Below are positions 24,538 through 37,800 of a stretch of 64,000 bases of DNA, in pieces. The DNA is from Octopus vulgaris (Eukaryota): positions 1,116,001 to 1,180,000 of the forward strand of contig OX597830.1 in the NCBI GenBank assembly GCA_951406725.2. The letters are read 5' to 3'. Position numbers and translations under genes: made by a program. The notes below the pieces were generated by a model. The model worked only from the letters and a program-made list of their open reading frames with translations, was not told the origin of the DNA and made no database searches. Numbering within the stretch: the stretch's first letter is position 1; the number at the start of each line of letters is the position of its first letter.

Positions 24538-24953
24538 CTTATTTCTTTATTGCCCAGAAGGGGTTAAACATAGAGAGGACAAACAAAGAGAGACAAACGG
24601 ATTAAGTCAATTACATTGACCCCAGTGCGTAACTGGTACTTAATTTATCAACCCCGAAAGGATAAAAGACAAAGTCGACCTCGGCGGAATTTTAACTCAG
24701 AACATAAAGACAGACGAAATGCCTATTTCTTTACTACACCCACAAGGGGCTAAACAGAGAGAGGACAAACAAGGACAGACAAACGGATTAAGTCGATTAT
24801 ATTGATCCCAGTGCGTAAATGGTACTTCTTTAATCGACCCAGAAAGGATGAAAGGCAAAGTCGACTTCGGCGGAATTTGAACTCAGAACGTAACGGCAGA
24901 CGAAATACGTCTACGCATTTCGCCCGGCGTGCTAACGTTTCTGCCAGCTCGCC
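24538..24953 (-). mobile_element. tRNA-derived SINE, tandem pair (full copy + partial copy)
   Basis: Minus strand has ggcgagctggcagaaacgttagc (A-box-like) and gagttcaaattcc (B-box), core gtcgactttgcctttcatcc..ggtcga and tail ...gccccttgtggg..aaagaaata. Other copies are in the window. Confidence 0.85.
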
Positions 24954-24966
24954 ACATACTAACAGA

Positions 24967-24998
<32 letters not shown>

Positions 24999-25639
24999 GA
25001 TATCTCCACACATATTTGTCACACGAGAAATATAAGTACAACGACATGGATGTTCAAACAAATACACGCTGACAGCTACGTACACAGACGCACGCAATCA
25101 GGCGATTGAGAGTTGTAGGAAAGAGGAAGCAGAGTGGCAGATGCGAACACACAGACACAGAAACGCAAAGATACAAAACACACAGACGAACAGAGACACA
25201 GACACGCATATATAAGTGGACGTTTCCACACGCAAAATGGTTCTATCGGTAAGTTAAAACACACACACACACACTGACAGACAGATAGAAAGACAAACAG
25301 ACATACTCATGAACATATAAGAACGCAGAGAGTAAGAGACACAGACACATAATGCATACACACACTAGATCTATGGCTTGTAAACATTATGAAAAATGAG
25401 AAAATTTTCTTAATAATAATAATTCTGAATTATATTAAGTAAAGTAATATAGCTCTTAACTCTACTAAGGAAAGTGGCAGAGTCCTATTGCGTACGATAT
25501 GGGCGCACGAGTTCGCCAGTCGGCCTCAGCCAGAACATATTTCTGCATAGAACTGTACACTGTTTCTTTCATACACACAACATTTGATTGTACGTGCGTG
25601 CATGTGGGTGTGTATGTGTTTGTATTTGTTTTTCATCTT

Positions 25640-25995
25640 CTACTTGTTTCAATCATTTGACTGCGGCCATGTTGGGGCACCGCCATGAAGGCTTTTTCGT
25701 CGAGCAAATCGACCCATATTTCTAAGTCGAACCGCTAGCTTTTGTGCGAGATGGAAACACACACACACATAGATACACACACACAGACACACATACATAA
25801 ATAATACATCCATAATGCACACACATACACACCCATATATATATACACACACACATATGACGGTTTCTTTCATTCTCAGTCTACCAAATCCACTCACAAG
25901 ACCTTGACTGGCCTGTGGCTATAGTAGAAGATATTTGTCCAGGTGCCACGCAGTGGGACTGAACCCAGAACTATATGGTGTGAAAGAGGTAAAAG
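25640..25995 (-). mobile_element. tRNA-derived SINE (second family; same as 60502-60907)
   Basis: gggttcagtcccactgcgtggcacc, cttgtgagtggatttggtagac, internal (TG/TA)n and tail ggcggtgccccaacatggccgcagtc..gaaacaag. Confidence 0.85.
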
Positions 25996-26795
25996 CACGT
26001 ATATAGGTGGACAAACACAGACACATGGAATTGCACTTGCGCGCACTTGTGTGCGCGAATATACATACACTCGCACATGTATGTATGTATATGTATTTCC
26101 TTGTATATGACAATGTGATAATATATGACTGTGTTTGCGAAAGATACTGACAGAGAATGACACTTACATACATCCACACGCAACCACAAACTCCGACACC
26201 CACGCATACATACACACGTACACACGTGCGCGCAACCTTACTTATGTTCCTATTTCAAAATACGTAAGTCTGTATTCCGTTTCAACCGTTAATAGCATCA
26301 TTTGAAGTGAACTTCTAAATTCGTTCATCAGCTTTAATCTGCGATATTTGTTGCCGCTGCTGCTACTAGATCACAGGCTGTCTAAATTCGCCACTTTCTT
26401 ACAAGTGAATTTCCGGTCCCTTCCAATGTAACTTTCACCAAACACCCATTCCATCATTGTGAACGTGGCAAAAGTTTCCATTCAACATTACCTGATAATA
26501 TTGGAAGATGCCAGAAGCGGGTAGCAGCGATCAGTAATGTAAGTTGAATAGATTAAATACTTGATTAATTAATCAAAGAGGATCCTTGCTCTCTATTTGC
26601 GAGTTTGTCAAGCAAATTACAGAGAGTGCACAAAATTGAAGGTAGATTTACAGAGTTAATTATCAAAGAGGATCATAATTAATAATGTCATTCTGAAGAA
26701 GCTCGTTATTCTCATTAATCTCAGTTTTATCGTTATTCTTGTTAACAAATTCAATAACTTCCATGAAGATGCCTGTGACAGAGACGATGATGACG

Positions 26796-26852
26796 TTAAT
26801 AATAATAAAAATAATAATGACAACAACAACAACAACAACAATAATAATAACA

Positions 26853-26901
<49 letters not shown>

Positions 26902-26902
26902 T
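26796..26902. repeat. (AAT)n/(AAC)n microsatellite
   Basis: Direct inspection. Similar trinucleotide tracts at 32140-32250, 40080-40305, 41101-41183, 42471-42622 and 51661-51865. Confidence 0.97.
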
Positions 26903-28098
26903 ATTATACGTGATAGTGTTGGTAAGAATTCCGATGATCCCATTTAAAAAGAAGAAATTAACAAAGATTAAGATAAATGAAAGGGATCTACTGTACATGA
27001 GTAAATATGAAAGCGATTGCTTATGATAATCTTAATGGGTGCCATCGGGTCTTCTGGATCGGAAGGTTGCAATTATGGCTTCCTCTAAATCATTGAAGCT
27101 AAAATACACTGTTACTCAAATAGCTGGGGTGTGTCATTAGAGGCTTAGTGTTTTAGATAGTAACTAGTAAAAACGCGGCAAGTTTTGGCTGTTGTTGCAG
27201 TTACAAACGCTCTGATTTCAAATCCTCGTCTGGGAAATTTGAATTCTTACTTTTCGATAGTGTCCAGTGAAATAAAACTTTTAGAGCCTGAGATGAGATG
27301 CATTGCAATAGGCACAGATGTTTGTCTCCAGGCTACAACTCTGCAATATCGGTGGCTTTTTGCTCTTACTGGAGCAAGAAGAATAGTATTTGTTCATGCC
27401 ACACGCATGGGTAAATACTAGTTTTGCTTTAGCTAGCATTGCACATTCAAGAAGAACATTCCAACGTCAAGAGCAATACGTGATTTACCATAAGAGAAAC
27501 TCATAACGTTTTTGCTCCAGTTTGCTTTCTAGAGGCCACGTTTCTACACTAGAGAGAGAAAATGCATCAAACTTGAAAAACGATTTTTTCAGTATCCATA
27601 AACTACAGAACGCACTAAATCGACGAAAAGCATAAAAATATAAATATTTTTCATCATTTTAAATTTGCTTTTAATACTTTATTATTTCTTTTTCTTTTCA
27701 TTGATGCAAAAGCCTTTCATTGAAAAAACCTATGAATAAAGAGTTTCCATACAAGAGTATCTCGTATCAGGGAGATCTGGTGTGTTTCTCTTTAATTTAG
27801 AAGGCAGACAGCGAGTCGAGGGCGATTGTCTCTTGCTTTTGTACGTCAGGTTGCATTTTGAAGGCTTCGTCATTGTCTCAATTTTAGGTTAGATGTCACG
27901 ATTGGTGAAAAGAGATTCAAGTTTTGATGTATTATGTATTATTATTTTTTTTTGTCATAGATACTTGTTAGAAATATCCCTACTTCTAACTTTCTATCAT
28001 AAATGGGAATAGAGAATTGAAATGTTGTGAATAAAATATAATTTATAATAATGATTTATTGTCAAGATACCGACTGTAGTGAAAGTTCATATTGTGAA

Positions 28099-28270
28099 GG
28101 CAGCGAGTTGGCTGAATCGTTATTACCCCGGATAAAATGCTTAGCAGCATTTCGTTCGTCTTTACGTCCTGAGTTCAAATTCTGCTGAACACTGGTGTCA
28201 ATGATTTGACTTACACCTCTCCCAGCAATGCTGGTCTTGTACCACCATTTCTCAGAAATTTGAAACTAAC
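28099..28270 (+). mobile_element. SINE copy (first family), internally deleted
   Basis: ggcagcgagttggctgaatcgtta...ctgagttcaaattctgc. Confidence 0.7.
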
Positions 28271-29904
28271 ACTATGCACCTTAGCTCAAGTCGGTTAAAT
28301 TAGAAATGTTTTATACACTTGCATATGACTGCACGCCATGAGGAAATAAAATTCTTGAAAAGAACAAGAGGAAGATTTTAAAGACGATTTTATCCATGTA
28401 TAACATACCATGACATGGTCGGGTCCTAATTAAGGAATAGAGTTTTTATCAATAAATACATTCACAGATAACAGCTGTTGAATGCAAATACTGATTTGGG
28501 CTTTCTCACTCAGAATGAAGACCGGCACCGCAAACTCTTTATAGTTCCTCCAAAACTGATACGACGAAGAAGTGGAAAACGCTTTACACTGATATGATTG
28601 AGGGTAACGAGTAGATTCAACTAAAATCAGGCATCGAAGGACATAAGAAATAAATTGATATATTTCTCTATTTTCAGCTGAACTATTTTTATTCACAAGG
28701 ATTTGGGCAACTTGAGAGATGCCATATGATTAAGCTACAGAGCAGAGTATGATCGGACCAAAAAGCATGTAGATACCAGTAAAACATTTTACCAAATAGC
28801 CATAATTTGGGGGCCACACATTAAGAACCACCGAGAGAGTTACTATACAAAAAAGCGAAATATACAATTAAATATTTTCTTCTGTGTTCCAAAAATATAT
28901 CTTTTGACTCTACTCCAAGTGTATGAAACGACTGTGATTGAAGAAAACTTAGACTTAATCTGCTCCAAGAATATAATGAAGTCGAGCTATGTCTCAAGAA
29001 TATAATTTCTGACTGTGCTCCAAGAACTCGATGTATCTAACTGTGCTCAAAGAATACAGTCTGATTGTTTACTAAGAATAAACAGACCAACTGTGCTTCA
29101 GGAATCTGATATTGGAAACCATACCAAGAATGTACGTTTATAGTATAATAATCAGTGGACTTGGTCTGGTTGTATTGGTTGAAGCAATTATATTTTTCGA
29201 GATTTCGTTGTTTGGGGAAATGCAACCATCTTCCTCGGCAACGCAAAATATTTTTCTCTAAAATGTGATAACTGTACAATCGACTGAGTAAATTATAAAT
29301 TAGTACTTCCAGACATACATTGTACACACACAGACACACACATGCATGAACATATATAATTATATATGCACACACATATGTGTGTGTGTGTGTGTGGGGG
29401 GGTAAATGTTAATATTTTTAGACAGACAAGATTTTCAACGGCTTTGCGATAATGTGTCTTTCTTGTCACTTTATTTTTATTATTTATGTATGTATAATGC
29501 TGAAAGAATGATAGATTATTTATTATTAACCCCCGAAAAGAAAAACGAGCTGGTTAACTAGTTTTTGTATTAAATATTAAATCAAGAGGAAAAGAAAATA
29601 CTGTAGGAAATAAACCATTTTAAGAATTTAATAATGAGAGTAGAACGTTGGGTTTAGACTTTTATATAAATTATTATAATTGAGCATATTAGGTTAAAAA
29701 TTCAAATGCCTAAAATGCCTAGTAAACTGTTGAAATGAAACAGTTTAATAAAATGATAAAAGAAAAAATGTACAAACACTTTATCAAATCTACTTAGAAA
29801 CATCGTGTCTATCGGTTTAATTGGCAAACATACTTTTAAGTGTTTCCCAATGTGGTAAACTACCCAGTAGAAATAGAACCTTACCATTTTAAAATATTGC
29901 ATTC

Positions 29905-30112
29905 AAATTTTGGCACGTGACCAGCAATTTCAATGGAGGGATAAATCGATTACATCGCCCCCAGTGTTCAACTGTTACTTATTTTATCGACCCCGAAATG
30001 ATAGAAGACAAATTCGACCTCGGCGTAATTTGAACTCAGAGCGTAAAGACGGACGAAATGACGCTAAACATTTTGTCCAGCGTGCTAAAGATTCTTTCAG
30101 TTGGTTGCCTTA
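29905..30112 (-). mobile_element. SINE copy (first family)
   Basis: tttatcgaccccgaaa..tcgacctcggcgtaatttgaactcaga matches 24800-24950. Confidence 0.8.
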
Positions 30113-33100
30113 CCTTCTTTAGATATTAAACACATATTGCATACTTTATTTTTACAAATGTTGTGTTTGAAAATAAGATGTGAATGTCACAAATGGAACG
30201 TCTGCTTCACTGTATTTTTTATGAAAACGATCTGGGACAAAACAGCAACAGCAATCACTAACTTCTCAGAAATGACCAGTGTCTAAGATTATTATGCTTT
30301 TCTTGGACTGCTGCTCTAAAATCAGGACTATAAATGGCACGTAGAAGAATAGAATCTCACGAATAGGTTCTCCAAGTCTGACGAGACTGTTTTTTCTAGC
30401 GTTAAATAGAAAATAGTCATAGAGATATGGATATGGCTATACCCTCCATAGAATAATTCCCAGAGGAAGCAGAATATTTCAATGATCCTGGTGATGAGGA
30501 TAAAAAGTTCTGCCTTCCTGTCATCATTCTGAGAAGAACAATTAATGGCATCGGTATTTCTTATGTTACATACAGAGAAATACTCAGACACACAAAAACG
30601 CACACACAGACACATACATACCACGCATGCACACACACACACCACGCACATAATCATATATGTATGTATATATGTTATGGATATATGCATGCATGTATGT
30701 ATTTGTGTATGCATGTGTGTACTAGGTGCTGGAGCTATATTATTTACTTGTGCAAAATATATTCAATTATTGGCCACAAAGTGAGGGAAATACTTTCACA
30801 GACACGTACACACACACACACACACGCACAGTGTCACGAGTATTCCATCCAGCCATACTGCTGCTTCTTTGAATTTGTAAAGGAAAACAGATTCAATTAC
30901 TAAGGTATGTATAAAAACATTTCCTTTTACTTTCATTAGATATGTTTTTTTTTTATTAACACAGGGTCAGATATTTCTTCTAACTGTTTAACAAATTTCC
31001 AATAAAGGTGTCCACATCAAGCATCGTTCCACACATTGTTGTAGTAACCAATATTATTATTTATGGAGTTACTTAAAAGGAATAAAAACACTTTTTAGAA
31101 TCACGTAAAAAGTTGTTAAATGAAGCAAAAATATCTGCATGAAGGCGTTGCTCGATACTAAAATACAAAAGGAGAATTTCTAAATGAATGAGAGTAGGTA
31201 AGAAAATCCGTCAAGTGTATTGACTGATTTCGTTGCCTTCCTACGAATACATAATGAATGACGGAAGCATCCATGGACAGTTTCCGCTGAACAGTTTCCG
31301 CTAAACTGATTACTGGTTTTTGAAATTTTCAATGACACAAGCCGCATGTTTTAAATAAGAATATTCACAGAATATGCTTAGCTTCGAAACACAAATACCC
31401 GAATATGACGATAATTTACCCGGATTATTGTCTGGTGGGTTCTACATAAAATACGTTGACATCATAAGTGAAAACACAGGTGCCACGATTCTTTCTCGAC
31501 TGTCTGTAGATATTTCTACAGAATACTAGAAAATTGCCCATGTCTTGTTGCATCATTAAGGAACTTTTATGGCAGCTTTCATGTGGTTGCTTTCTGTGAT
31601 ATTATTAGAAAAGCAGCAAGACAGTGAGACTGGTCAATGAAAACGAAGATAACTCAAAATAACAGGGTCAACCAATTAAACTGAAGAATTTCTTCAATTT
31701 CATCACTGGACCAAATCATCAGCAATTTGAGATTTTCTAGCGATTGCAGATCCGAATTTACTCGGCTGCATTATTAGGCATATTTACTGACGTGTAACTA
31801 TCTCAGAATAATTTCTTTCTGAATTCTCTATTTTTTAGCAGGAAAAAAAAACGGGAAAAATTATCTGCACAAATTATCGTTACTGGAAAAGGCAACCAAT
31901 AGAAGCAGCTGAGTGGTTCCTGAAATATTCTTTACTTCTATCATCATTAGCCATAAGAAATGATTGATAAAATTACTCAAATACCATATCAATTTTTGCG
32001 AAATTGATGTTGTAACATTTTTTAACCTAACATAGGAAATGGCTGCAGAGTAAATCTAACCGCAAAATTAAGAAAAAAGGAATGTAAATATAGACATGAT
32101 GATATAATTCAGCGCTTTTTTGCACCACACGTAATCGAATAATAATATGAATAATTATAATAAGAATATTATTAGGACTACTAGCACTCATAATAATGAT
32201 GATGATGATAATAGCAATAATAATGGTAATAATAGTAATAATAATGATAGTTGGGAAATACGCATTATTCATTGTTTTGGAATATTCAGTTTCAGGAAAT
32301 ATCTTCCTTTCTAATTCAGGAGGAATTAGATAAATAAGTAAAAATCAACAAAGAAATAAAACGCAGGAATGTTTCTGGTATTAAGTATGTGAGTAAAAGA
32401 GTGAAATATATTAAATGAATAAAGAAATGTAAAAGAGAATCTGCGCAACGAAAATCTGAGTAGAATGTATCAGTGAGGAGATGTGAATATTATTTTCAGC
32501 TAAGAATTTGAGAGAATCAATCAACACTTATTTCTTTAAATCATAGGTGGCCGTGTGGCGGCACAGCTTGGCAGTGTGTGCAGAGGTAGACGAACATGCT
32601 GAACCAAATTTTTGTTAGCCTCCAATACTGGGCTTATGTTTCATAAATCAAGTGTGCGAAGAAAGGCCTCGATCATCTTGGAGTAAATTATGTTGGTGTG
32701 TTAGGGGTATGAGCCCAAAACCAAGCCTATTAGTAACGCCATCGACATTTACGTACAAACCGAGACAAAGTGTCATTTGACATACAAGAAATAACGATTA
32801 ATTTCCAGAGACGTTAAAGTGTACAATATAAAACTTAGTGCTAATTACTTCGATTCGCTTTACCGTAAGTTCAAATCATGGCAGGTTATGCTTGATTGTT
32901 ATTACTTCCCATAGATTGGAAAGTGAGAGAGCACCGTACTAGATTCATTACGTTATCCAAGATAAACTTCCGTCCATAGTTAATCACTTGTACTTGTTAC
33001 AACCCCGCCCTCGTCCATAACCCACCAAGGTGGAGAAAAAAGGTAACCCCATGCTATACTTCTTCAAATTGTAGAATAGTAATTCCTTGAAAGAAATGGG

Positions 33101-33499
33101 ACCCCTTTATATATTCAGAGGAAAAACGATAATGTAGTCCTGTATTTAGTCAAAATTGGTCGCAGATATTGTAACATTAATGTGGAAGTTGTATGTCAAA
33201 TATGTATATTTACGCTTTTAAAACAGTAATGTGATCTGCAACATAATTTGGCTGCAATTTCTAGCAGGTCAATCAAAACCGTTGAGACTCCTGTTTCCAG
33301 CTGCTTTACAGTTCCTAGCCGAAATCTTCTATAACAAATACAAACAAGTCATTCTTTCAAATATTCCCAATTTCCTCTTCATATGGAACCATATTCCATT
33401 AAATGACAAATTATTATCACTTTCCACAATACGAACTCTTTGCATTTTTGCTTTATATAATATTCATTCATTCATAATTCATTCTGTTCTCACTGTGCC

Positions 33500-34800
33500 T
33501 TGTGGTGCATGAGGCGGCAGCAAGATCATTCCAATGCATTAAATTGCTCTGCGATCAATTTATGGCAACTACTGAATTTTTTATCCAAAATCCCTGTTCA
33601 CCATCAAGTCCTACTGCCTTCCAATTGCTTATGTTTTTACTCATATTTCTGATACTGTCTACTGTGAAGTGGATAACATCTTGCTGGGGATAAGAAGCTG
33701 TTTGCATCAGGATGTACAGCCATTCACTTGTAGTATTTTGTTGTTCTTGCTTACTCCATACCTTACCCCAGGAAAAGTCGACTTTCATCAGTATCGGGGA
33801 CTAATCTTTCACGTTTTTTATCGTCATTAATCTCTTAGTAAAATCTTTTTTGGTCGGTTCTAAACAATTTGTTTTGCTGGTATTGCTTAATCCTTTGTTC
33901 AAACCTAGTTAGCTTTGCTTGCATGCATGCATGCGATGCTTCAGTTCTTCAATTACAACATTCAGACCTTTTGCATCTACGCCATACTTCTTCTTAACTT
34001 TTTCGAATTTCCCTTCATTCGTCAGTTCTCCATTTCTTCTCCTGACAAGTATGGACACTACACTGTTCAAGGCGTTTATATCTTCAGAAATCCTCTTTTT
34101 CCACCACGGTCGTTTATTTCCTCTTTTATCCTCAGTTGTTCTCAATCCAACCCTTTCCGCCATAATCCTATTAGCAGTCTTAGTAAGATTATTTATTTGT
34201 GTGATGTTCTTTGTTTCAATGTGTCTCACTACATTATTACCTTTATTCGTTTTTCGATTCAGTCTCCATTGCCTAGCCTTCTCAAAGTCGCACATAAATT
34301 CTCTCCCTTCTCTATTTATTTGATCCAAAATTCTGTCCATTATCTATAGTCATTGTTTCAGTAGTTACTGATCTCAATTCTTTCACAATTCACAGTATTA
34401 TATTCTTGCGAAACATTGTCCATCTCTTCCACTATACCACTTTCGTTTATCGCATGCCCAGCATCATTCTGTATCCTGCTTTTAATAGCCTCCAGTTCCA
34501 GTTCTGTAAACCATCCATTCCTTTGTATTGCGCTTGTTTGGTGAAATAATCTCTGTTCAGTAATTTCGAGAAGTGTCATTTTCTTCCATTCACTGTGCAT
34601 TCGTTTACTGCACCATAACCGTCATGTTTACTTGTTTACTCCACTTATGTTTTGTAGCATGGATAGCAGTTGCTGGATTACGACCGTGCCCACCCTGCTG
34701 CACAGTGGGGCACCTGCCGAGTGCGGCACCTTCACCATTGATTCCAGTCCCGTTCACACCGTTATAGTCATCTATTTTGCTTGGCATTTTCACTCACAAA
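33500..34800 (-). mobile_element. R4/Dong-like RLE retrotransposon, degenerate N-terminal part
   Basis: KHKWSKQVNMTVM, ITEQRL..Q..AI.RNGWFTELELE, PWWKKRI and NWKAVGLDG..GFWIK (R4-type pre-RT region). Confidence 0.75.
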
Positions 34801-34819
34801 TGAGGTATGTTTTAAGTTA

Positions 34820-37800
34820 CTACCAACCTTTATTATCATCGAGTAGCGGGCTTACTAGCTGCAGGCTACGGTACCATGCTATTCCATTTTTTCAGCTATC
34901 TAATGCTTTCCTGATTATTCTCACCGTGCCAAGGAGGTAAATCTTTTGTAACAGTTCTACTGGGCACTCTATACCGATTTCCTTCATATTCCTGTTGCTG
35001 CCTTCTGATACCGTTCCCAAGGACCCAATAATAAACTCCAACTTCTTCATTTTCCAAAGCCGGGCTATTTCGTACGTAAGAGTGTTGTACCAATCTATCT
35101 TTTCATTCTATCTAGACTATTCGTGGGTCAAAAGGGCATGCAACGTCTACAATATAGCACATGTAGTGCACCTTGTCCACCACCATTAGGTCCGGTCTCT
35201 TATGCTCTAGCACTTGATCTGTTTGTATTGGGAAATCCCTGAGGATTTTGCTAATCTCCGACACTGCCACCCTCTGCGTTTAGCCACGAGCCTCGTAGCA
35301 ACTGATGGGCGTGCTTCTGGTCTACATCAGCGTGTTTGCTAGGAGCTACACATTTCCCATGCAGTGGTTTGTTTCCCACTTATCAGCGAATCGTTCAAAC
35401 GCATTTTGCTTTGCTATTGATTTCACCTTCTTTGCAACTACGGTTGCTGCACTTCCATCATGCTGTTCAACCTGGGCATCATGCATAAACTCCCTTGAAA
35501 ATTTTTAGCTCTCCTTCATAAGCTTTTTACGTCTTTCATGGTTTTCAGCGAGCTTTAGCATCCAGTCGTTAGGTGTTTCAAGATATTTTGCCAGTCTAAT
35601 TGTAGTGATTTAGTAGGAGATTTCAAATTGGATCAAGCCTCGATCTCCTTGAGCACTGAGTAGGCAGAAACAATCTGCGTCTGCCTTTGGGTGGTGCATC
35701 ATATTGCAAGTCAGCAGCTTACAGATTTCCCGGTCAAGTTTCCTTATTTCGTTCATATATTCCAGTTCACCACATTGAAACTGTAAATAACCGAAACTAC
35801 TAAGGAATTGTTTTATTCCTACCCACAAGGGGCAACATAGATGGGACAATACAATCGGGAAAAATAAAAATAATGAATTATGAAGCTTGTACAATGTGGT
35901 GTAATGCCCACTCGATCCCCGAAATCGAGCGGTTACATTTCGTCATTTTTTTATTCCTCAAAAATACATTTCACAATATTTTCCAAATAAAAAACCATTT
36001 TACACATTTTCAACATACATTTCAAAATTTTTTTCAAAGCTCAACATTTTTTTTCCAGAATTTAAAGTTCTTTTTACCATTTCCAAATTAAAGTTTTCAC
36101 AATACCTTTTCTTTTAGATATACTCCATTATCTCTACCAAATCTTGGGTAATTTTCCATTATTCGTTGCCACCTTGTAAGTCGGCATTTCATATGTTTTG
36201 ACACGTTCTTGCCAGCTGCCTCGATGAACGCCTCGGCGTTGGCCTCGTGGACGAGTGCACCCGTTTCTTTCCATTCGGTGCCCATCCTGACCCATGTAAA
36301 TCCATCTGTTTCGCTTATTAAATCCTCCATCTCCTCACAATGCCTGTGATGAATCAATGTTCCATAGTATTTGAATCTTCTATTCGCACCTGCATTCTCT
36401 CTAGTTTTTCTTTTAGGACTTATTTCCTCTTTTTTCTTCTCTCTCGGTTTCTCTCTTTCTCTCGTTTTGCTTTCTCTTCTTTCTTTTTCCTTCTCTTGTC
36501 TTTTCATCTCTTTGTCTGTTGTCTCTCTACCCTGTGCCTTATGTTCCTTTCCTGTTGTTTCTTTTCCTTTTTGTATACCATCTTTTCCTTTCTCTTGGTT
36601 CTGTTCCTACTCTTGTTATTTTCCTGTTTTTTTCTCTTTCCTTTAGTTTACTTTCCCTTTCTCTCTCTTGATTCTGTTTTGGTTCTTTCTCTATTCTCTA
36701 CCCTGTGAATTTTGTTCCTTTTCTATTATTTTCTTCCCTTTGTTTTCATTTTCCTTCAGTGTGTTGTTATTTCCTTTCTCTTGTTATTTCTCCGTTATTA
36801 TCTTTTCCTTGCTTTCGCTGTTCTTTCCTTCGTGTTCTATTTCCTTCGCTTTTTTATTTTCTTCCGTTGTCTCTCCACTTTGTGTCTTTTTTTGCTCCAT
36901 TTCCCTCTCCGCTGTGAATTCATATAGCGGACATTCCTTTCTTATGTGCGCTCTTGACCCGCACAAGTAGCAATTCGGTTTTCTCCCCTCCACAATTACA
37001 GCAATTGTTTTCTCGTTTTCTACTTCTATTTGGAAGGGAAACCGTTCTAGGTCTTCCATTGTGGCCATCAGCCACAACTCCACTCCGAATCCCTTCCAGT
37101 TCACAACGTTGGTCTCCTTGATTGACCCTATTTCTACTTCCTCCTTTGCTGACCCTTTGGGACTCTTACCCGTACCCTTCTTCTTCTTTTGTAAGTCAGT
37201 CACATAGTGAAATGTCGGCTTTCAGTACAGTGGAAGCTAACGAGGCCGCCACTTCCTTTGTTGCGCATCTCACCTCCACCGTACCATATTTCTTTTCTCT
37301 GTCCACAAAAGTTGCTTTTTTCACAATGTCCCCCAGACATCTCTCTAGTTCTTCAATCGTCACTCTCACCAGTTTTCTTGTATTCCTATCTTGCGTTCTA
37401 TACGTTATCATCCTGTTATTTCTCTCCTCTATTGTTTCAACAGGCGGGATTAGCTTCACGCTGTCACCCTCCCTTTTGACGAACTTCTCGTATTCCTTCA
37501 GTTGTTCTTTTCTACAGAACACTTCCCTTATTATAAGAGACTCATCACTTTTTGTTGTGGCGACCCCCGCGTAAGTCTCCATGACTTCAGGGTCGACGCA
37601 CCTTCTATAAAAGGTTCTAACACGCAGCGGCAAGCGCCTCGCGCGATTCAATTTTTGACAATTTTTTTAAACAGTTTTTTCCAAATTTTTCACATACAAA
37701 ATAACTAACCAACACAAGGAATCTATAGCTAAGGAATCTATAGCTAACACCTTGTTACGTACATTTATCTCCTGTAACACTCCTTCCTGATCTCTTTCAT

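Noticed and set aside
26656-27026. Poly-I/L/N ORFs (also 41003-41194, 42436-42693, 51646-51870)
   Set aside because: Translations of (AAT)n microsatellites.
36340-36970. F/L/S-rich 'membrane protein' ORFs on the + strand
   Set aside because: Antisense of the K/E-rich ORF1 low-complexity region.
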